Part shown: piece after piece, positions 10,470-25,002 of the stretch | Position numbering within the stretch: the first letter of the stretch is position 1 | Layout of the letters: each line of letters starts with the position of its first letter | DNA from: Escherichia coli O127:H6 str. E2348/69 | GTDB lineage: Bacteria; Pseudomonadota; Gammaproteobacteria; Enterobacterales; Enterobacteriaceae | Assembly: GCF_000026545.1 (NCBI RefSeq) | Contig: NC_011601.1 | Strand: one strand, 5' to 3' | Length of the DNA: 64,000 nt | Notes under the pieces: generated by a model | The model's database searches: none | The model's input: only the letters and a program-made list of their open reading frames with translations | Told to the model about the DNA's origin: nothing | Made by a program: the position numbers and the translations under genes

Positions 10470-13150
10470 ATATCCTCATGAAATTCTTCAAGTTCAGGGG
10501 CTGTTTGCTGGGGAAGTGTAACACGAAAACAGGCACCACCTTCCGGTCGGTTGAATGCGGTAATGGTGCCGCCGTGTACATCCACTATCGCCCGACAAAT
10601 TGCCAACCCAAGCCCTACACCCGGTACCGCCGACTCTTTATTCCCGCGAGCAAACTTATCAAATATCGTCTGCTCCTGGCCTGGTGGAAGACCGGGGCCG
10701 TTATCCCAGACATCCAGTTGTAGATTTTCGCCCTCAACGTGGGCATTGATACCAATTTCGGCCTGCGCCCCCGCATATTTCACCGCGTTCTCCAGCAGGT
10801 TAATCAGCACCCGTTCAAAGAGTGGCCCGTCAACGTGGATTAAGGTCAGCGGCTCTGGCAGAGAAAGATTGATGGGCGACGATAAACCCGGTTCCAGCAT
10901 TTGCAGCGCGCTGCCGACCACTTCTTCCAGCGTTAACCACTCTTTCTTCAAATTAAAGCCGCCGGACTGAATTCGCGCCATATCCAGTAGATTATTCACC
11001 AGTCGGGTGGTGTTCAGCACATGCTGACGAATCTCGCTGGCCTGGCGGGCGTGGGGCGATCCTTCGCTTGCCAGATCGAGCGTTAAGATTTCTGCCTGAC
11101 CGAACAGCACCGTAAGCGGCGTGCGTAAATCATGCGAAAGCGCCGCCAGCAGGGCGTTGCGGATCTGTTCACGTTCGCTTGCCATCCGCGCCTGTTCTTC
11201 GCTGGCGGTCAGTGTCAGTCGCTCAAGGGCATTGGCGACTAACAGCGTAAACGTCTCCAGCAGGCGCTGCTGTTCCGGGATCATCAACTGGCGCAGATTC
11301 CCCGGTTCCACCACCACCAGTCCGTAGGTTTTCTCGCCGCTTTTTAGCGGCAAAATCTGGTACGGTACACCGGGTAACGTGTCGGTGCCCGCGCCCGCAG
11401 GCAGGCCTTTATCAAAACTCCACTGCGCGATGGCATCGTCCCACGGCGTCATTCCTTGCGGATGTGTTAAAGGCTGCAATTTACCGTTGTCATCAGGCAG
11501 CAACACCTGGCTACGGGCATGAAACGTGGAGGCAATAAACTGTTCGCTGGTGGCGGCGATATCCTGCGAACTACGGCCCACAGCCAGAGCTTTGGACATT
11601 TCATATAAGTGCCGTGTGCGTTGTTCGCGGTAACGGGCTACCCGCGCCTGATAACGCACGCCAGCAGTAAGGTTCCCGATCACCAGCCCGACGGTTAACA
11701 TCACCGCGAAGGTCAGCAGATATTGCACATCAGAGACGGCGAGCGTGCCGCGTGGGGCGATAAAAAAGAGATCGAAACTCACCACATTAATGACGGTGGC
11801 AACCACCGAAGGCCAGCGTCCGTAAAATAGTGCCACCACCACGACGCCAAGCAGATACAGCATCACCAGGTTGGCGGCATCAAACGCCATCAGCCACTGC
11901 ATGGCAATTAAGGTGATAACGGCGCATAACGCGGCGGCAACCACGCATCCCTGAATCTGTACCCGCCACTTGTCTTTAAAAGAGCGGCTATCCGGCGCGT
12001 TGTTAATCGTGCGGGCGGGTGGTTCATCAAGCGCGACCAGCACCTGATCGAGATCGGGGGCGATGCGTGCCAGCCGGTCAGCAAATGTTTCCCGACGCCA
12101 CCAGCGGCGCGAAGCCGGGCGACCGAGAATAATCTTGCCGAGATTATGTTCACGGGCATAACGCACTACCGCTTTCTCTTCCGCTGGATCAGAAAGTGTT
12201 GCCGTCTCCGCGCCCAGCTCCTGCGCCAGACGTAAGGCGCTGAGAATTGCCCGACGTTTTTTCTCCGGTAAGCGATGCAGGGCAGGGGTTTCAACATACA
12301 CCGCGTGCCAGACACTGCCCAGGCGCGAGGCCAACCGCGCCGCCGCGCGGACCAGTTTCTCACTGCCGGTGTTATGCCCGATGCATAATAGGATCGCGTC
12401 GCGTGTGTGCCAGACTTTCTCTTCGCCAGGATGCCCCCGCCAGGCGCGCATTTGCTCATCTACGCGATCGGCAGTACGGCGCAGTGCCAGTTCGCGCAGG
12501 GCGATCAGATTGCCTTTGCGAAAAAAATGTTCAATGGCGCGCTCCGCTTGCCCGGCAATATAGACTTTGCCTTCTTTCAGCCGCTGGCGCAGATCGTCCG
12601 GGGGCAAGTCCACCAGTACTACGTCGTCGGCGGCATCAAAAAAAGGATCGGGCACGGTCTCCCGTACCTGAATTCCGGTGACGCCGCTGACCACATCATT
12701 CAGACTTTCCAGATGCTGAACGTTGACGGTAGTGAAAACATCAATGCCAGCTTCCAGCAGCTCTTCGATGTCCTGCCAGCGTTTAGGATGACGTGAACCT
12801 GGCGCATTACTGTGCGCCAGTTCGTCCATTAAGATCAGTGCCGGACGGCGGGCGAGGGCGGCATCGAGATCAAACTCGCTGATGTGCCGCCCACGGTACG
12901 CCTGGCGTTTTAACGGCAGAACAGCCAGACCTTTCAGCATGGCGGCGGTATCTTTCCGACCGTGGGTTTCTACCACGCCAACCACAATATCCAGCCCTTG
13001 CGCCCGCAGTCGCTGGGCTTCCGCCAGCATCGCCCAAGTCTTCCCGACGCCTGCGCAGGCACCGAAGAATACTTTCAGCTTCCCCCGATGCGGCGCGGCA
13101 GCTTGTTCCAGCAGACGATCGGGGTCGGGACGTAAGGGTTCGTTATTCAT
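10466..13150 (-). CDS. kdpD: Sensor histidine kinase KdpD
   Basis: 894 aa from [16 protein letters not shown]…; N-terminal KdpD domain with Walker A (GACAGVGKT), TM segments, HisKA/HATPase domains; start trimmed from the supplied ORF. Confidence 0.95.
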   Translation of the reverse strand: MNNEPLRPDPDRLLEQAAAPHRGKLKVFFGACAGVGKTWAMLAEAQRLRAQGLDIVVGVVETHGRKDTAAMLKGLAVLPLKRQAYRGRHISEFDLDAALARRPALILMDELAHSNAPGSRHPKRWQDIEELLEAGIDVFTTVNVQHLESLNDVVSGVTGIQVRETVPDPFFDAADDVVLVDLPPDDLRQRLKEGKVYIAGQAERAIEHFFRKGNLIALRELALRRTADRVDEQMRAWRGHPGEEKVWHTRDAILLCIGHNTGSEKLVRAAARLASRLGSVWHAVYVETPALHRLPEKKRRAILSALRLAQELGAETATLSDPAEEKAVVRYAREHNLGKIILGRPASRRWWRRETFADRLARIAPDLDQVLVALDEPPARTINNAPDSRSFKDKWRVQIQGCVVAAALCAVITLIAMQWLMAFDAANLVMLYLLGVVVVALFYGRWPSVVATVINVVSFDLFFIAPRGTLAVSDVQYLLTFAVMLTVGLVIGNLTAGVRYQARVARYREQRTRHLYEMSKALAVGRSSQDIAATSEQFIASTFHARSQVLLPDDNGKLQPLTHPQGMTPWDDAIAQWSFDKGLPAGAGTDTLPGVPYQILPLKSGEKTYGLVVVEPGNLRQLMIPEQQRLLETFTLLVANALERLTLTASEEQARMASEREQIRNALLAALSHDLRTPLTVLFGQAEILTLDLASEGSPHARQASEIRQHVLNTTRLVNNLLDMARIQSGGFNLKKEWLTLEEVVGSALQMLEPGLSSPINLSLPEPLTLIHVDGPLFERVLINLLENAVKYAGAQAEIGINAHVEGENLQLDVWDNGPGLPPGQEQTIFDKFARGNKESAVPGVGLGLAICRAIVDVHGGTITAFNRPEGGACFRVTLPQQTAPELEEFHEDM

Positions 13151-13715
13151 CAAGCTTATCCAGTGCCAGATTGAGTTCGACAATGTTGACGACCGGCTGG
13201 CCGATATATTTCACCAGCGGTTGTTGGCTGTATTTTGCGATCAGTTGCGTGAGCTGTTCAACGCTGAGATTACGCGCTTTCGCCACGCGTGGGATCTGCC
13301 AGGCCGCCGCTTGCGGGGTGATGTTATTGTCCAGCCCGCTTGCTGACGCCGTCACCAGTTCAACCGGAACGTTCGTGCTGGCATCCGGGTTAGCAGCCCG
13401 TAATTCAGCAACGCGTGCGGCTATCTGTTTATCCAGCTCCGGGTTACTGACCGCCAGGTTGCTCCCGCCAGAAGCCTGTGGATTATAGGGCATTTCTGCT
13501 GTTGCCGACGGGCGACCATGAAAATAGCCGTTGCCGGTAAAATTTTGCCCGATTAATGCCGAACCGCGCACCGTATCACCTTCACGAATCAATGAACCGT
13601 TGGCCTGCCAGGGAAACCACCATTGCCCCAGTGCGGTGGTCAGCAGCGGGTAAACGCCGCCAGTAATCAATAACAGAAAGAGAAATGTCGATAATGCCGG
13701 ACGTAATCCACGCAT
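13143..13715 (-). CDS. kdpC: K+-transporting ATPase subunit C
   Basis: 190 aa from [11 protein letters not shown]…; kdpFABC operon synteny. Confidence 0.9.
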   Translation of the reverse strand: MRGLRPALSTFLFLLLITGGVYPLLTTALGQWWFPWQANGSLIREGDTVRGSALIGQNFTGNGYFHGRPSATAEMPYNPQASGGSNLAVSNPELDKQIAARVAELRAANPDASTNVPVELVTASASGLDNNITPQAAAWQIPRVAKARNLSVEQLTQLIAKYSQQPLVKYIGQPVVNIVELNLALDKLDE

Positions 13716-13723
13716 GGTAAACC

Positions 13724-15772
13724 TCACACCAGACCGCAAACGGTTAGCAGTAAATCAATGACTTTGATACCAATAAACGGCACCAGCAGCCCACCCAGAC
13801 CGTAAATCCATAAGTTACGGCGCAACATGGCAGAAGCGGTAAGCGGTTTATAACTCACGCCTTTTAACGCCAGGGGAATCAAAAAGACGATAATCAAGGC
13901 GTTGAAAATGACCGCACTGAGAATGGCGGAGTCGGGCGAATGCAGGCGCATGATGTTCAGCGCATTTAACTGCGGATACGTTGCCGCGAACGCCGCTGGA
14001 ATAATGGCGAAGTATTTCGCCACATCGTTGGCAATGCTGAAGGTGGTCAACGAGCCACGGGTCATCAGCATCTGTTTGCCAATGTGCACTACCTCGATCA
14101 ACTTGGTCGGGTTGGAGTCGAGATCCACCATATTGCCCGCTTCTTTCGCCGCCTGGGTGCCGGAGTTCATCGCCACCGCAACATCGGCCTGTGCCAGCGC
14201 CGGAGCATCGTTGGTGCCATCGCCGGTCATCGCCACTAAACGGCCTTCCGCCTGATACTGACGAATCAGTGCCAGCTTGGCCTCCGGTGTTGCTTCGGCG
14301 AGAAAATCATCGACACCCGCTTCCGCAGCTATCGCGGCGGCAGTCAGGCGGTTATCGCCGGTAATCATCACCGTTTTAATGCCCATTTTACGCAGCTGCG
14401 CGAAGCGCTCTTTAATACCGCCTTTGACGATATCTTTCAGCGCAATAACGCCCAGCACACGAGAACCTTCCACCACCACCAGCGGCGTGGCTCCCTGACG
14501 CGCAACCTGATCGACTTTTTGATCAACATCGGCAGGGAAGTGACCGCCGTTAGCCTCAACATGGCGGCGAATGGCATCGACAGAACCTTTACGGATCATG
14601 CGGTTGTCGATGTTGATCCCGCTCATCCGGCTTTGTGCAGTAAAAGGTACAAAGGTGGCATGGAGCGACTGCACATCGCGCTCGCGCAGGTTAAAACGCT
14701 GCTTGGCGAGGATCACAATACTGCGGCCTTCCGGCGTTTCATCAGCCAGCGAAGCCAGTTGTGCGGCGTCGGCCAGCGCTTTTTCCTCCACGCCTTGTGC
14801 GGGGATAAACTCTGACGCCTGACGGTTACCGAGGGTGATGGTGCCGGTTTTATCCAGCAGCAGAACGTCAACATCACCCGCTGCTTCAACTGCTCGCCCG
14901 CTGGTGGCAATCACATTCGCGCCCAGCATCCGACTCATCCCGGCGACGCCAATCGCTGACAACAGGCCGCCAATAGTGGTTGGGATCAGACAGACCAGCA
15001 GTGCCACCAGTACCGTTACGCTGACTGCATTACCGCCCCACGCGGAAAACGGCCACAGCGTGGCGGTTGCCAGTAAAAAGACGATAGTCAGGGCAATCAG
15101 GAGAATGGTCAGGGCAATCTCGTTCGGCGTTTTACGTCGCTGCGCACCTTCCACCATCGCGATCATCCGATCCAGAAATGTCTCGCCGGGGTTAACGCTG
15201 CACTCAATCACCAGCCAGTCAGAAAGAATACGCGTGCCGCCAGTGACGGAGGCAAAATCACCGCCGGATTCACGGATCACCGGAGCCGATTCCCCGGTGA
15301 TGGCGCTTTCATCGACCGATGCGCCGCCTTCAATGACTTCACCATCGCAGGGGATAATATCGCCAGCTTCTACCAGTACGATATCGCCTTTACGCAGTTG
15401 ATCGGCAGGAACTTTGTCTGCCGCAGCGCCATATTTCGGTTCGCGCAGCTTGCGAGCAAAAGCGGTTTTTTTCACCCCTTTCAGACTGTTGGCCTGCGCT
15501 TTACTGCGGCCTTCTGCCAACGCCTCGGCGAAATTAGCGAACAGTACGGTGACCCACAGCCAGCCGCTAATTGCCGCGCTAAACAGCGCATTGCCAGGCA
15601 TCACACCGCTTGCCATCGCGATGCTAATACAGGTGGTCAGCAGACTGCCGATCCAGACGATAAACATCACCGGATTGCGCCATTGCGCCTGCGGGTTTAA
15701 TTTTTTCACCGCTTCTTTCAGCGCCTGAACGACAAGTGTTGGTTCGAATAGCGCCAGTTGTTTACGACTCAT
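13724..15772 (-). CDS. kdpB: K+-transporting P-type ATPase subunit B
   Basis: 682-aa ORF with P-type ATPase motifs DKTGTIT and [12 protein letters not shown]. Confidence 0.96.
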
Positions 15773-15794
15773 ATTCAGTGCTCACTCAATATCA

Positions 15795-17468
15795 TCAGGA
15801 GAGATATTCCGCCACCGGACCAAGCGCCAGGGCAGGGATAAAGGTCAGTGCGCCAACCAGCAACACGGTGCCGATTAACAGGCCAACAAACAGCGGGCCG
15901 TGCGTTGGCAATGTGCCGGAGCTGGCGGGTTGGCTCTTTTTACTCACCAGCGAACCGGCAATTGCCATCACCGGGATAATCACCCCGAAGCGCCCGACAA
16001 ACATGCACAACGCCAGTAAACAGTTCCAGAATGGAGAGTTGGCGCTTAATCCGGCAAAGGCGCTGCCGTTGTTGTTAGCGGCGGATGACACGGCATACAG
16101 CACTTCGCTAAAACCATGCGGGCCAGGGTTGAGCATGGCGCTACGTCCGGCGTCGGTCATCATTGCCAGCGCCGCGCCCATCAGCACCAGCGTCGGGGTG
16201 ACCAGAATCGCCAGTGCAGTCAGTTTCATCTCGCGTACGTCGATTTTTTTACCCAGATATTCCGGTGTACGACCAATCATCAGCCCGGCAATAAACACCG
16301 CCAGCAGGACAAACAGCATCATGCCGTAAAGGCCTGAACCGACGCCGCCGAATACCACTTCACCAATTTGCATCAACCACATCGGCACCATGCCACCAAG
16401 AGCGGTAAACGAATCATGCATCGCAATCACCGCGCCGCAGGAAGCCGCCGTAGTCACGACCGCAAACAGGCTACTGACCAGCACGCCGAAACGGCTCTCT
16501 TTACCTTCCATATTGATGCTGCTGTCCGCGCCGAGCGCCAGCAGATGAGGATTACCCTGAACTTCTGCCCACATCACTACGCCTACGCAGATGACAAAAA
16601 TCACTGACATCGCCCACAGCAACATGCGCCCCTGGCGACGATCGCCCGCCACTTCACCAAAGGCAAAGCACAGCGCTGTTGGGATCAAGAAGATCGCCAG
16701 CATTTGCACGAAGTTGGTCAGTGCGGTTGGGTTTTCAAACGGATGCGACGAGTTGGCATTAAAAAAGCCACCGCCGTTAGTTCCGAGCATTTTGATCGCT
16801 TCCTGAGAAGCTACTGGCCCCATTGGTAATAGCTGTTGCGCTCCTTCAATGGTCGTCACAGCCTGATAAGGCAAAAAGTTTTGCAGCACACCTTGTTGTA
16901 TAAAAAACAGTGCGATCAGCAATGCTACGGGGGTTAACACCCATAACGTAATCCGCAACAGGTCTACCCACGCATTACCCAGCGTGTTCATGCTCTGGCG
17001 GGTAAACGCGCGAATAAGCGCAAAAATCACCGCAATCCCGCTGGCGGCAGAAAGAAAGTTTTGCACCGTTAAGCCCGCCATCTGGCTGAAATAGCTCAAC
17101 GTGGTTTCACCGCTATAAGATTGCCAGTTGGTATTCGTGACAAAGCTGACGGCGGTATTGAGCGCCAGATCCCACGACAGCCCCGGCAACTGCTGTGGAT
17201 TAAGCGGCAGATAGTGCTGACCGAGCAACATAAAAAACAGCACCGCCAGCCCCAGTATATTCAGGCCAAGAATGGCTGAGAGATACTGCTTCCAGTTCAT
17301 CTCGCGGTCAGAGACGCCAAGCGTGCTAAAGAGTACGCGTTCAACGCCCGTCGTACCAGGAAGAGGTATATCATTAATCAGCCGCGCCAGCCCGCTACCT
17401 AAGGGACGCGCCAGCACCATTAATACCAGTAAAAACGTGGCAATCAGTAAGAACCCTTGCGCAGCCAT
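15795..17468 (-). CDS. kdpA: K+-transporting ATPase subunit A
   Basis: 557 aa from [12 protein letters not shown]…; the supplied ORF has a 48-codon in-frame upstream extension that was trimmed. Confidence 0.93.
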   Translation of the reverse strand: MAAQGFLLIATFLLVLMVLARPLGSGLARLINDIPLPGTTGVERVLFSTLGVSDREMNWKQYLSAILGLNILGLAVLFFMLLGQHYLPLNPQQLPGLSWDLALNTAVSFVTNTNWQSYSGETTLSYFSQMAGLTVQNFLSAASGIAVIFALIRAFTRQSMNTLGNAWVDLLRITLWVLTPVALLIALFFIQQGVLQNFLPYQAVTTIEGAQQLLPMGPVASQEAIKMLGTNGGGFFNANSSHPFENPTALTNFVQMLAIFLIPTALCFAFGEVAGDRRQGRMLLWAMSVIFVICVGVVMWAEVQGNPHLLALGADSSINMEGKESRFGVLVSSLFAVVTTAASCGAVIAMHDSFTALGGMVPMWLMQIGEVVFGGVGSGLYGMMLFVLLAVFIAGLMIGRTPEYLGKKIDVREMKLTALAILVTPTLVLMGAALAMMTDAGRSAMLNPGPHGFSEVLYAVSSAANNNGSAFAGLSANSPFWNCLLALCMFVGRFGVIIPVMAIAGSLVSKKSQPASSGTLPTHGPLFVGLLIGTVLLVGALTFIPALALGPVAEYLS

Positions 17469-17557
17469 CAGAACGCCTCCGCATTGATCAGGGCATAAAC
17501 CAGATAACCCAGTAATAAAAACACCAGCAACACGCCGGTTATCACGCCTGCACTCAC
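17468..17557 (-). CDS. kdpF: KdpF, 29-aa membrane peptide of the Kdp complex (GTG start)
   Basis: GTG-initiated [29 protein letters not shown]; stop overlaps the kdpA ATG. Confidence 0.8.
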
Positions 17558-17621
17558 AGTGCACCTCCAGTGGCCTAAAAGTGATACCGGAAGGGTAGAG
17601 TTCTGGCTGCAAAGATTTCGC

Positions 17622-17660
17622 AAAAATCTGCGGGCGTGGTGTAAAAAAAGTATAAAAATG
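17622..17660 (-). promoter_or_regulatory. KdpE operator / kdpFABC promoter region
   Basis: Minus-strand sequence TTTTTATACTTTTTTTACACCACGCCCGCAG upstream of kdpF matches the T-rich direct-repeat KdpE binding site as I recall it. Confidence 0.55.
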
Positions 17661-17869
17661 GCAAAAGCCATGGTTTAACTAATGTTTAGTATTAATTTAA
17701 CTTTTATGTAACTTAATTACACGGTGAATGTAAATAAACCATCAATAAGCAAAAATAAGTGGTCGGATGAGTAGTAAAATTACACAAACAGCGGTACTAT
17801 TTTCATCAGATAAACGAATTCATTTTTCCGGTGCTATTCACCGGGTAGATACAAAAGGGGGAGAAAAGT

Positions 17870-18076
17870 ATGGAACTCTACAAAGAATATCCTGCATGGC
17901 TTATCTTTTTACGCCGTACTTGTGCGGTTGCAGCGGGCGTTCTGGCGCTGCCTTTCATGCTTTTCTGGAAAGACCGCGCCCGCTTTTATAGCTACCTGCA
18001 CCGCGTCTGGTCGAAAACCAGCGATAAACCGGTGTGGATGGATCAGGCCGAAAAGGCAACCGGTGATTTTTATTGA
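17870..18076 (+). CDS. ybfA: Small membrane protein YbfA (DUF2517)
   Basis: 68-aa [20 protein letters not shown]…; synteny upstream of the kdp promoter. Confidence 0.8.
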   Translation: MELYKEYPAWLIFLRRTCAVAAGVLALPFMLFWKDRARFYSYLHRVWSKTSDKPVWMDQAEKATGDFY

Positions 18077-18099
18077 TTGCTAAACATGACGTTCAAAGA

Positions 18100-18135
18100 A
18101 AACCGCCAGCGGAGACGCTGGCGATTTTCTTTTTT
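18100..18135 (+). terminator. Intrinsic terminator after ybfA
   Basis: ccgccagcg-gagac-gctggcg hairpin followed by ATTTTCTTTTTT. Confidence 0.7.
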
Positions 18136-18176
18136 CGGCGTCTACACTTACTCCTGTAAACCGTTCAGGAGCAGTA

Positions 18177-18686
18177 ATGAATCAACAACTTTTTGATGAC
18201 AGCACCCTTATCCGCATTTTTGCTTTGCATGAGTTACACAATCTCAAAGATCGAGGACTAACGCGCGGGGCGCTTCTCGATTATCACAGCCGCTATAAAC
18301 TCGTCTTTCTGGCGCATTCTCAGCCGGAGTACCGCAAACTTGGCCCGTTTGTGGCTGATATTCACCGGTGGCAAAGTCTGGATGACTATTACAACCAGTA
18401 CCGCCAACGCGTAATTGTTTTGCTTTCTCACCCTGCCAACCGGCGTGATCATACTAACGTTTTGATGCACGTTCAGGGATATTTTCGCCCACATATTGAT
18501 TCCACAGAACGCCAGCAGCTGGCAGCGCTTATCGACAGTTATCGCCGTGGCGAGCAACCGCTTCTTGCGCCGCTGATGCGTATCAAACACTATATGGCGC
18601 TTTATCCTGACGCCTGGCTTTCAGGGCAGCGTTATTTCGAACTTTGGCCGCGTGTGATTAACTTGCGCCATGCAGGAGTTTTATGA
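18177..18686 (+). CDS. ybgA: DUF1722 protein YbgA
   Basis: 169-aa ORF; stop overlaps the phr start (ybgA-phr operon). Confidence 0.85.
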   Translation: MNQQLFDDSTLIRIFALHELHNLKDRGLTRGALLDYHSRYKLVFLAHSQPEYRKLGPFVADIHRWQSLDDYYNQYRQRVIVLLSHPANRRDHTNVLMHVQGYFRPHIDSTERQQLAALIDSYRRGEQPLLAPLMRIKHYMALYPDAWLSGQRYFELWPRVINLRHAGVL

Positions 18687-20101
18687 CTACCCATCTGGTC
18701 TGGTTTCGCCAGGATTTACGTCAGCACGATAATCTCGCGCTGGCTGCCGCCTGCCGCAATTCGTCTGCGCGCGTGCTGGCGTTGTATATCGCTACACCAC
18801 GCCAGTGGGCGGTGCATAATGTGTCGCCGCGTCAGGCTGAACTTATCAATACACAACTTAATGCGCTGCAAAACGCGCTGGCGGAAAAAGGCATTCCTTT
18901 ATTGTTCCGCGAAGTGGATGACTTTGCCGCCAGCGTCGAAATAGTTAAACAGGTGTGCGCGGAAAATCGTGTTACCCATCTGTTTTATAACTATCAGTAT
19001 GAGGTGAATGAGCGGGCGCGGGATGTGCAGGCTGAGAGGGCGCTGCGTAACGTGGTGTGTGAAGGATTTGACGACGGCGTGATCCTGCCGCCGGGGGCGG
19101 TGATGACTGGCAATCATGAGATGTACAAAGTCTTTACGCCATTTAAAAACGCCTGGCTTAAACGGCTGCGAGAAGGGATGCCGGAGTGCGTCGCTGCGCC
19201 AAAAGTACGTAGTAGCGGATCGATAGATCCCGCGCCATCCATTACGCTGAATTATCCTCGTCAGCCTTTCGATACTGCGCATTTCCCGGTGGAAGAGAAA
19301 GCGGCGATTGCGCAATTACGCCAGTTTTGCCAGAACGGTGCCGGAGAGTATGAGCAACAGCGAGATTTCCCTGCGGTAGAAGGCACCAGCCGTTTGTCCG
19401 CCAGCCTGGCAACGGGCGGGTTATCGCCTCGCCAGTGTTTGCATCGCCTGTTGGCGGAACAGCCGCAGGCGCTGGACGGTGGGGCCGGTAGTATCTGGCT
19501 TAATGAGCTGATCTGGCGCGAGTTTTACCGTCATCTGATAACGTATTACCCCTCGCTGTGTAAACATCGTCCGTTTATTGTCTGGACCGACCGCGTGCAG
19601 TGGCAGAGCAATTCCGCGCATTTAAAGGCCTGGCAGGAAGGCAAAACGGGATACCCGATTGTTGATGCTGCCATGCGTCAGCTTAACAGCACCGGCTGGA
19701 TGCATAACCGGCTACGGATGATTACAGCCAGTTTTTTGGTGAAAGATTTATTGATCGACTGGCGCGAAGGTGAGCGATATTTCATGTCGCAGCTGATTGA
19801 TGGTGATTTGGCAGCCAATAACGGTGGCTGGCAGTGGGCCGCTTCAACCGGAACCGATGCAGCGCCGTATTTTCGTATTTTTAACCCGACAACCCAGGGC
19901 GAGAAATTTGACCGTGAGGGCGAGTTTATCCGCCAGTGGCTACCGGAACTGCGCGATGTGCCAGGGAAAGTGGTGCATGAGCCGTGGAAGTGGGCGCAGA
20001 AAGCAGGTGTGACGCTGGATTATCCGCAACCGATAGTTGATCACAAAGAGGCAAGGCTGCGAACGCTGGCAGCGTACGAAGAAGCGAGGAAAGGAGCCTG
20101 A
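18683..20101 (+). CDS. phr: Deoxyribodipyrimidine photolyase
   Basis: 472-aa ORF with photolyase/cryptochrome FAD-binding C-terminal signature (…WREFY…, …GGWQW…). Confidence 0.95.
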   Translation: MTTHLVWFRQDLRQHDNLALAAACRNSSARVLALYIATPRQWAVHNVSPRQAELINTQLNALQNALAEKGIPLLFREVDDFAASVEIVKQVCAENRVTHLFYNYQYEVNERARDVQAERALRNVVCEGFDDGVILPPGAVMTGNHEMYKVFTPFKNAWLKRLREGMPECVAAPKVRSSGSIDPAPSITLNYPRQPFDTAHFPVEEKAAIAQLRQFCQNGAGEYEQQRDFPAVEGTSRLSASLATGGLSPRQCLHRLLAEQPQALDGGAGSIWLNELIWREFYRHLITYYPSLCKHRPFIVWTDRVQWQSNSAHLKAWQEGKTGYPIVDAAMRQLNSTGWMHNRLRMITASFLVKDLLIDWREGERYFMSQLIDGDLAANNGGWQWAASTGTDAAPYFRIFNPTTQGEKFDREGEFIRQWLPELRDVPGKVVHEPWKWAQKAGVTLDYPQPIVDHKEARLRTLAAYEEARKGA

Positions 20102-20142
20102 TAAAACGCAGCGAGCGTTTTATCAGGCATGGTGCTGGCTTA

Positions 20143-21807
<1,665 letters not shown>

Positions 21808-21894
21808 TTAATATGTCAAAAGATTGGCTATCGACGAACAGGCGAGGTAACGCTATGTTAACGGTGTAGCTATCAGAATACGGAAGGCGCGAAG

Positions 21895-22638
21895 ATGAAA
21901 AACACCGAACTGGAACAACTGATTAACGAAAAACTGAACAGCGCGGCGATTAGTGATTACGCGCCGAATGGTTTGCAGGTGGAAGGCAAAGAGACAGTGC
22001 AAAAAATTGTTACCGGTGTCACTGCCAGCCAGGCTTTGCTCGATGAGGCAGTGCGTTTGGGCGCGGATGCGGTCATTGTACATCATGGCTACTTCTGGAA
22101 AGGTGAATCTCCGGTCATTCGCGGAATGAAGCGTAACCGTTTAAAAACGTTGCTGGCGAATGATATCAACCTGTATGGCTGGCATTTGCCGCTTGACGCA
22201 CATCCTGAGCTGGGCAATAACGCACAGCTGGCGGCGTTACTGGGGATCACGGTCATGGGCGAAATTGAGCCGTTGGTGCCGTGGGGCGAACTGACCATGC
22301 CTGTGCCGGGACTGGAACTGGCCTCCTGGATTGAAGCGCGTCTGGGACGTAAGCCGTTATGGTGTGGCGATACCGGGCCTGAGGTGGTTCAGCGCGTCGC
22401 CTGGTGCACGGGGGGCGGGCAAAGTTTTATCGATAGCGCCGCGCGTTTTGGCGTGGATGCTTTTATTACTGGCGAAGTTTCTGAACAGACCATTCATTCA
22501 GCCCGCGAGCAGGGATTGCATTTTTATGCTGCGGGTCACCATGCCACTGAACGCGGTGGTATTCGCGCATTGAGCGAGTGGCTGAATGAAAATACCGATC
22601 TTGATGTGACCTTTATTGATATTCCTAATCCTGCATAA
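21895..22638 (+). CDS. ybgI: Nif3-family metal-binding protein YbgI
   Basis: 247-aa ORF; synteny upstream of pxpBCA. Confidence 0.9.
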   Translation: MKNTELEQLINEKLNSAAISDYAPNGLQVEGKETVQKIVTGVTASQALLDEAVRLGADAVIVHHGYFWKGESPVIRGMKRNRLKTLLANDINLYGWHLPLDAHPELGNNAQLAALLGITVMGEIEPLVPWGELTMPVPGLELASWIEARLGRKPLWCGDTGPEVVQRVAWCTGGGQSFIDSAARFGVDAFITGEVSEQTIHSAREQGLHFYAAGHHATERGGIRALSEWLNENTDLDVTFIDIPNPA

Positions 22639-22660
22639 CGAATAATCAGAGGGATCGAAA

Positions 22661-23317
22661 GTGCAACGAGCGCGTTGTTATCTGATAGGTGAAACGGCGG
22701 TAGTACTGGAACTGGAACCGCCGGTGACGCTGGCCAGCCAGAAACGGATCTGGCGACTGGCACAGCGTCTGGTGGATATGCCGAATGTGGTTGAAGCCAT
22801 TCCTGGCATGAACAATATCACGGTGATTTTGCGTAATCCTGAGTCGCTGGCGCTGGATGCCATAGAGCGTTTGCAACGCTGGTGGGAGGAGAGTGAGGCG
22901 CTGGAGCCGGAGTCTCGCTTTATTGAAATTCCGGTAGTTTACGGTGGCGCAGCCGGACCGGATTTGGCGGTGGTCGCGGCGCATTGTGGATTGAGCGAAA
23001 AACAGGTTGTTGAATTGCACTCCTCCGTGGAATACGTGGTCTGGTTTTTAGGCTTTCAACCGGGCTTCCCGTATCTCGGGAGTTTGCCGGAACAACTACA
23101 CACGCCACGGCGCGCTGAACCGCGCTTGCACGTTCCGGCAGGTTCTGTCGGGATCGGCGGGCCGCAGACCGGTGTTTATCCGCTGGCAACGCCGGGTGGC
23201 TGGCAGTTGATTGGTCATACCTCACTCAGCCTGTTTGATCCGGCGTGTGACGAACCCATCTTATTACGTCCGGGAGACAGCGTGCGCTTTGTACCCCAGA
23301 AGGAGGGAGTATGCTGA
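22661..23317 (+). CDS. pxpB: 5-oxoprolinase subunit B (YbgJ)
   Basis: 218-aa ORF; overlapping-gene operon ybgJ-ybgK-ybgL. Confidence 0.88.
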   Translation: MQRARCYLIGETAVVLELEPPVTLASQKRIWRLAQRLVDMPNVVEAIPGMNNITVILRNPESLALDAIERLQRWWEESEALEPESRFIEIPVVYGGAAGPDLAVVAAHCGLSEKQVVELHSSVEYVVWFLGFQPGFPYLGSLPEQLHTPRRAEPRLHVPAGSVGIGGPQTGVYPLATPGGWQLIGHTSLSLFDPACDEPILLRPGDSVRFVPQKEGVC

Positions 23318-24243
23318 AGATTATTCGTGCGGGCATGTATACCACTGTGCAGGATGGCAGTCGTCACGGTTTTCGCCAGTCGGGTATCAGCCACTGCGGC
23401 GCACTGGATATGCCTGCGCTGCGCATTGCTAACCTGCTGGTGGGTAATGACGCCAACGCCCCCGCGCTGGAGATCACGCTCGGTCAGTTAACGGTTGAGT
23501 TCGAAACTGATGGGTGGTTTGCCCTGACGGGGGCTGGTTGCGAAGCGCGGCTGGATGATAACGCCGTCTGGACCGGCTGGCGATTGCCAATGAGAGCAGG
23601 CCAGCGTTTAACGCTTAAACGCCCGCAGCACGGGATGCGCAGTTATCTGGCGGTCGCGGGTGGTATTGATGTTCCGCCGGTAATGGGATCATGCAGCACC
23701 GATCTCAAAGTGGGGATTGGCGGGTTGGAAGGCCGTTTACTGAGGGATGGTGACCGACTCCCGATTGGCAAAGCGAAGCGTGATTTTATGGAAGCGCAGG
23801 GCGTTAAACAGCTGCTGTGGGGCAACCGCATTCGCGCCTTGCCGGGGCCGGAATATCATGAGTTCGATCGCGCCTCGCAGGATGCATTCTGGCGTTCGCC
23901 CTGGCAGCTTAGCTCGCAAAGTAACCGGATGGGCTATCGCTTACAGGGGCAAATTTTAAAACGCACCACCGATCGCGAACTGTTATCTCACGGTTTGTTA
24001 CCAGGTGTGGTGCAGGTGCCGCATAACGGGCAGCCCATTGTGTTGATGAACGATGCGCAAACCACCGGTGGTTACCCGCGTATTGCCTGTATCATTGAGG
24101 CTGATATGTACCATCTGGCGCAAATTCCGCTCGGTCAGCCGATTCATTTTGTCCAGTGTTCACTGGAAGAGGCACTGAAAGCACGGCAAGATCAACAACG
24201 TTATTTCGAACAATTAGCGTGGCGGCTGCACAATGAAAATTGA
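23311..24243 (+). CDS. pxpC: 5-oxoprolinase subunit C (YbgK)
   Basis: 310-aa ORF overlapping pxpB and pxpA. Confidence 0.88.
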
Positions 24244-24967
24244 CCTGAACGCCGATCTGGGCGAAGGCTGCGCCAGCGACGCAGAGCTATTAACGCTGGT
24301 TTCCTCTGCCAATATTGCCTGTGGATTTCATGCAGGCGATGCGCAAACCATGCAGGCTTGCGTGCGTGAAGCAATAAAAAACGGTGTCGCGATTGGCGCG
24401 CACCCGAGTTTTCCCGACAGGGAAAATTTTGGTCGCAGCGCCATGCAGCTGCCGCCAGAAACCGTTTTCGCCCAGACGCTGTATCAAATTGGCGCGCTGG
24501 CAGCGATTACCCGTGCGCAAGGCGGCGTAATGTGTCATGTCAAACCGCACGGCATGTTATACAACCAGGCGGCGAAAGAGGCACAACTGGCAGACGCCAT
24601 CGCCAGAGCGGTATACGCTTGCGATCCGGCATTGATTCTCGTCGGGCTGGCAGGAAGCGAGCTGATTCGTGCAGGCGAACGATATGGCCTGGTAACGCGC
24701 GAGGAAGTGTTTGCCGATCGCGGTTATCAGGCAGACGGTTCGCTGGTGCCGCGAAGCCAGCCAGGCGCGTTGATTGAAAACGAAGAACAGGCGCTGGCGC
24801 AAACGTTGGAGATGGTGCAATACGGCAGAGTCAAAAGTATCACCGGCGAATGGGCAATGGTCACGGCGCAAACGGTCTGCCTACATGGCGATGGCGAGCA
24901 CGCACTGGCGTTCGCCCGCCGATTACGAGCTACATTTGCTGAAAAGGGGATTGTTGTCGCAGCATAA
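24233..24967 (+). CDS. pxpA: 5-oxoprolinase subunit A (YbgL, LamB/YcsF family)
   Basis: 244-aa ORF; LamB/YcsF family. Confidence 0.88.
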
Positions 24968-25002
24968 CCCCGCTTAATAAAGAATGAAAAAAGGATATCA
25001 CC

